Shown here in pieces: positions 61,601-64,000 of a stretch of DNA of 64,000 bases. Below the pieces are notes generated by a model. It saw nothing but the letters and a program-made list of their open reading frames with translations. It made no database searches and was not told where the DNA came from. The DNA lies in contig NC_087263.1 in the NCBI RefSeq assembly GCF_037042905.1, positions 8,186,001 through 8,250,000 of the forward strand, read 5' to 3'. Source of the DNA: Lytechinus pictus. Taxonomy: Eukaryota. A program made the position numbers and the translations under genes. How positions within the stretch are numbered: the stretch's first letter is position 1; every line of letters begins with the position of its first letter.

Positions 61601-63876
61601 TAAACTGTTTTTCGATCAAATTTGGTACTTTATTCGGGAAAAAAGGAGTCATTGCCATGGCAACGGGCTATATGTAACAGTGATATTTATCTTTAAATTC
61701 AAGCATTACCAAGGCAACCTCAAATTTTATCATTCTAATGAACTAATGCGAACCACTGTAATCTTTGTTCAAAATTAATTGACTGGGTCAAACCTTGAGT
61801 TAATGGATTGCATTTTCCACCTGTCCATTATCATGTCAACCATGTTATTTTTTTCAAATTAGATGTTATTTGGTTGCCATGACAATGGCTTAAGCTATAA
61901 TTTGAATGTTAACAAGAAACATATCCATTCTTACCCTAAAATTAGGGGAAATGAAAGGAAAAAATCAGATTCTACAGATTTTCTGATCAAAACTGGTACT
62001 TTTCTTGGGGAAATGAGTAGTTGCTATGGCAACAGGTCATTTGCAATGTTGATGTTTATCGAATTCAATTATTACCAAGGCAACTTCAATGTTTATCATT
62101 CTTAGAATGATAAATAGTTCATGCAGAACACTCATTGTATTGTTTCCCCTAGATTAATTGAGGTCAATCCTGATGCATACAGTGATGCACATCAAGAGAA
62201 TTTTCATTGTATTTTTCACCTGTCCATATCCTTGTCATCCATGTTGTTTTTTTAATTAGATGTTATCTGGTTGCCATGGCAATGGCTTAAGATGTTATAT
62301 TTATAAATTTAGTCACATATATATCTCGATTAGTACCTTAAAATTATTGAAAATGGAAAGATGATCATACATGTCTGTATTCTAAATTCTTATCAATATT
62401 TTTACTTTTCTAGAGGGAAATAAGCTGTTGCCATGGCAACGAGCCCTTTGTAACATTTAAAAAAGAATTTAATCCAAGTGTTACCAATGCAACATAAGTT
62501 CATATCTTTTTAAAGAACTCCTGCAGAACATTTTAAGTACTTTTTGTTCAAATGAGGGGGTCAAAAGTTAAGCATACAGATTAAGTCAATTCTAATTGTA
62601 TTTTCCACCTGTCCATTGTGTTGTCAACCATGTTATTTTTTTTTTCAAATTAGATTAATTTGGTTGCCATGACAATGGCTTCAGATATTGTTTGTATGTT
62701 AACAGCAAACATATCAATTCTTACCATTAAATTAGGGGAAATGAAAGAAAAATCAGAGTCCAAAGTCCTTTTTCTAATCAAAACTAGAACTTTTTTGCGT
62801 AAATGAGCCGTTGCTATGGCAACAGGTCATTTGCAACATTGATATTTATCGTTGAATTCAAGTGTTACTAAGGTAACATCAATGTTTATCATTCTAATTA
62901 GTTCATGAAGAACACTCACTGTATACTGTTTCCCCTAAATTAATTGAGTAGGTCAAAACTTATGCATAAAAGTTATTTTCATTGGATTTTTCACCTATCC
63001 ATAACCCTGTTATCCCTGTCATTGATTTTTTTTTAATTAGATGTTATTTGGTTGCCATGGCAATGGCTTAAGATGTTATATTTATAAATGCAGTCACAAA
63101 CATATATTTTTATTAGTTCCTTAAAAATATTGAAAATGGAATGATGATCGTATTCTACATTTTTATCAATATTTTTACCTTTCTAGATGGAAATATGCTG
63201 TTGCCATGGCAACGGGATCTTTGCAACATTTGTTTTTAAAATTTAATTCAAGCATTACCAAGGCAACATAATGTTTTATCTTTATAAAGAACTCCTGCAG
63301 AACACTTTCTGTATTTTTTGTTCAAATGAGGGGGTCAAAACTTAAGCATACAGATTAAGTCATTTCCAGTTGTATTTTCCACCTGTCCATTGTCTTGTTA
63401 ACCATTTAATTTTTGTAAATTGATGTTATTTGGTTGCCATGGCAACGGCTTGAGATGTAGTTTATACATTGAGCAACCAAAATATCATTGTTCAACACTG
63501 TAAAATTAGGGAAAATTAAAGATAAATCCTATTCTACAACGTTTTTTTAATCAGTTTTGTTATTTTTCTGGGGAAAAACAAGTCGTTGCCATGGCAACGG
63601 ACCAATTGGAACTATCTTGTTAATTTTGAATGTTTCTAAATTTTATATATATTCATTTGGGAGCTTAAAAATTATCATTTTGGTCATCTATATCATGTTT
63701 ATTTACCATTTACATGGGAATGTATGTCATTTTTGAGAAATTAATCCGTTGCCATGGCAACGGCCGAAAATGGCATTTTAAAATTTACCTCCCATCTTTA
63801 AAATAAATCTTAGGGCATATACTTATACTTGTGAAAGTTTCATGCTTTAGTCAAAATTTGCACAATTGTTCGGCTA
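55611..63876. mobile_element. Large foldback (non-autonomous, possibly Academ-like) DNA transposon
   Basis: TAG...CTA ends. Near-identical inverted arms start acaattgtgcaaattttgactaaagcatgaaactttcacaagt; arms are built of ~385-bp repeats; no coding capacity seen. The foldback structure is clear; the superfamily is tentative. Confidence 0.85.
57349..57922. mobile_element. Kolobok/T2-type MITE inserted in the left arm of the foldback element
   Basis: TTAA-AGGGGAATGAAACCTTTGGAAC...GTTCCAAAGGTTTCATTCTCCT-TTAA; long TIRs. Confidence 0.88.
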
Positions 63877-64000
63877 ATAAAAAGATGAGACAAAGAAATA
63901 AGCGCCAAAAGGGGAGGCAAAACAAAGTTGAAAAGAACAAAGAAGAGAGAAGCAGACTGTGAGAAAAGCAAACATGCAAGCATCTCTGTAGTGATGTTGT

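Noticed and set aside
55740..63760. CRISPR-like regularly spaced palindromes
   Set aside because: The intervening sequences are themselves repeats of hundreds of bp, there are no cas genes, and the context is a eukaryotic intron.
54967..64000. Further exons (EGF3, Ig3, FN3, TM, kinase)
   Set aside because: None found; the region is almost entirely the foldback element, so kinase status cannot be confirmed here.

Overview
Eukaryotic, AT-rich, repeat-dense genomic DNA from an animal. It is most likely an echinoderm (sea urchin); this is inferred from the repeat families and gene style. One + strand gene spans almost the whole window. I could splice 14 exons in frame with GT-AG junctions (4340-54966, 2185 nt, about 728 aa, no stop codon, gene continues past the window). 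The product reads: signal peptide - three C-type lectin domains (CTLDs, 3 exons each) - Ig - Ig - EGF - EGF. The Ig2-EGF part closely resembles the Tie1/Tie2 receptor tyrosine kinase ectodomain (e.g. CICPPGFMG..C, CLPDPYGC.C), so this is a lectin-capped Tie-like receptor; the transmembrane and kinase exons are not in the window. The introns are filled with often nested mobile elements: a near-intact full-length CR1-group LINE, degraded L2/L1-type LINE pieces, tRNA-derived SINEs, a solo LTR, Kolobok-, hAT-, Tc1/mariner- and Harbinger-type MITEs, Crypton-like and Helentron-like elements, and an 8.3 kb foldback element carrying arrays of RFX X-box-like palindromes. Coordinates were counted by hand. 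Transposon superfamily labels rest on termini and target-site duplications (TSDs) only; no database was searched.
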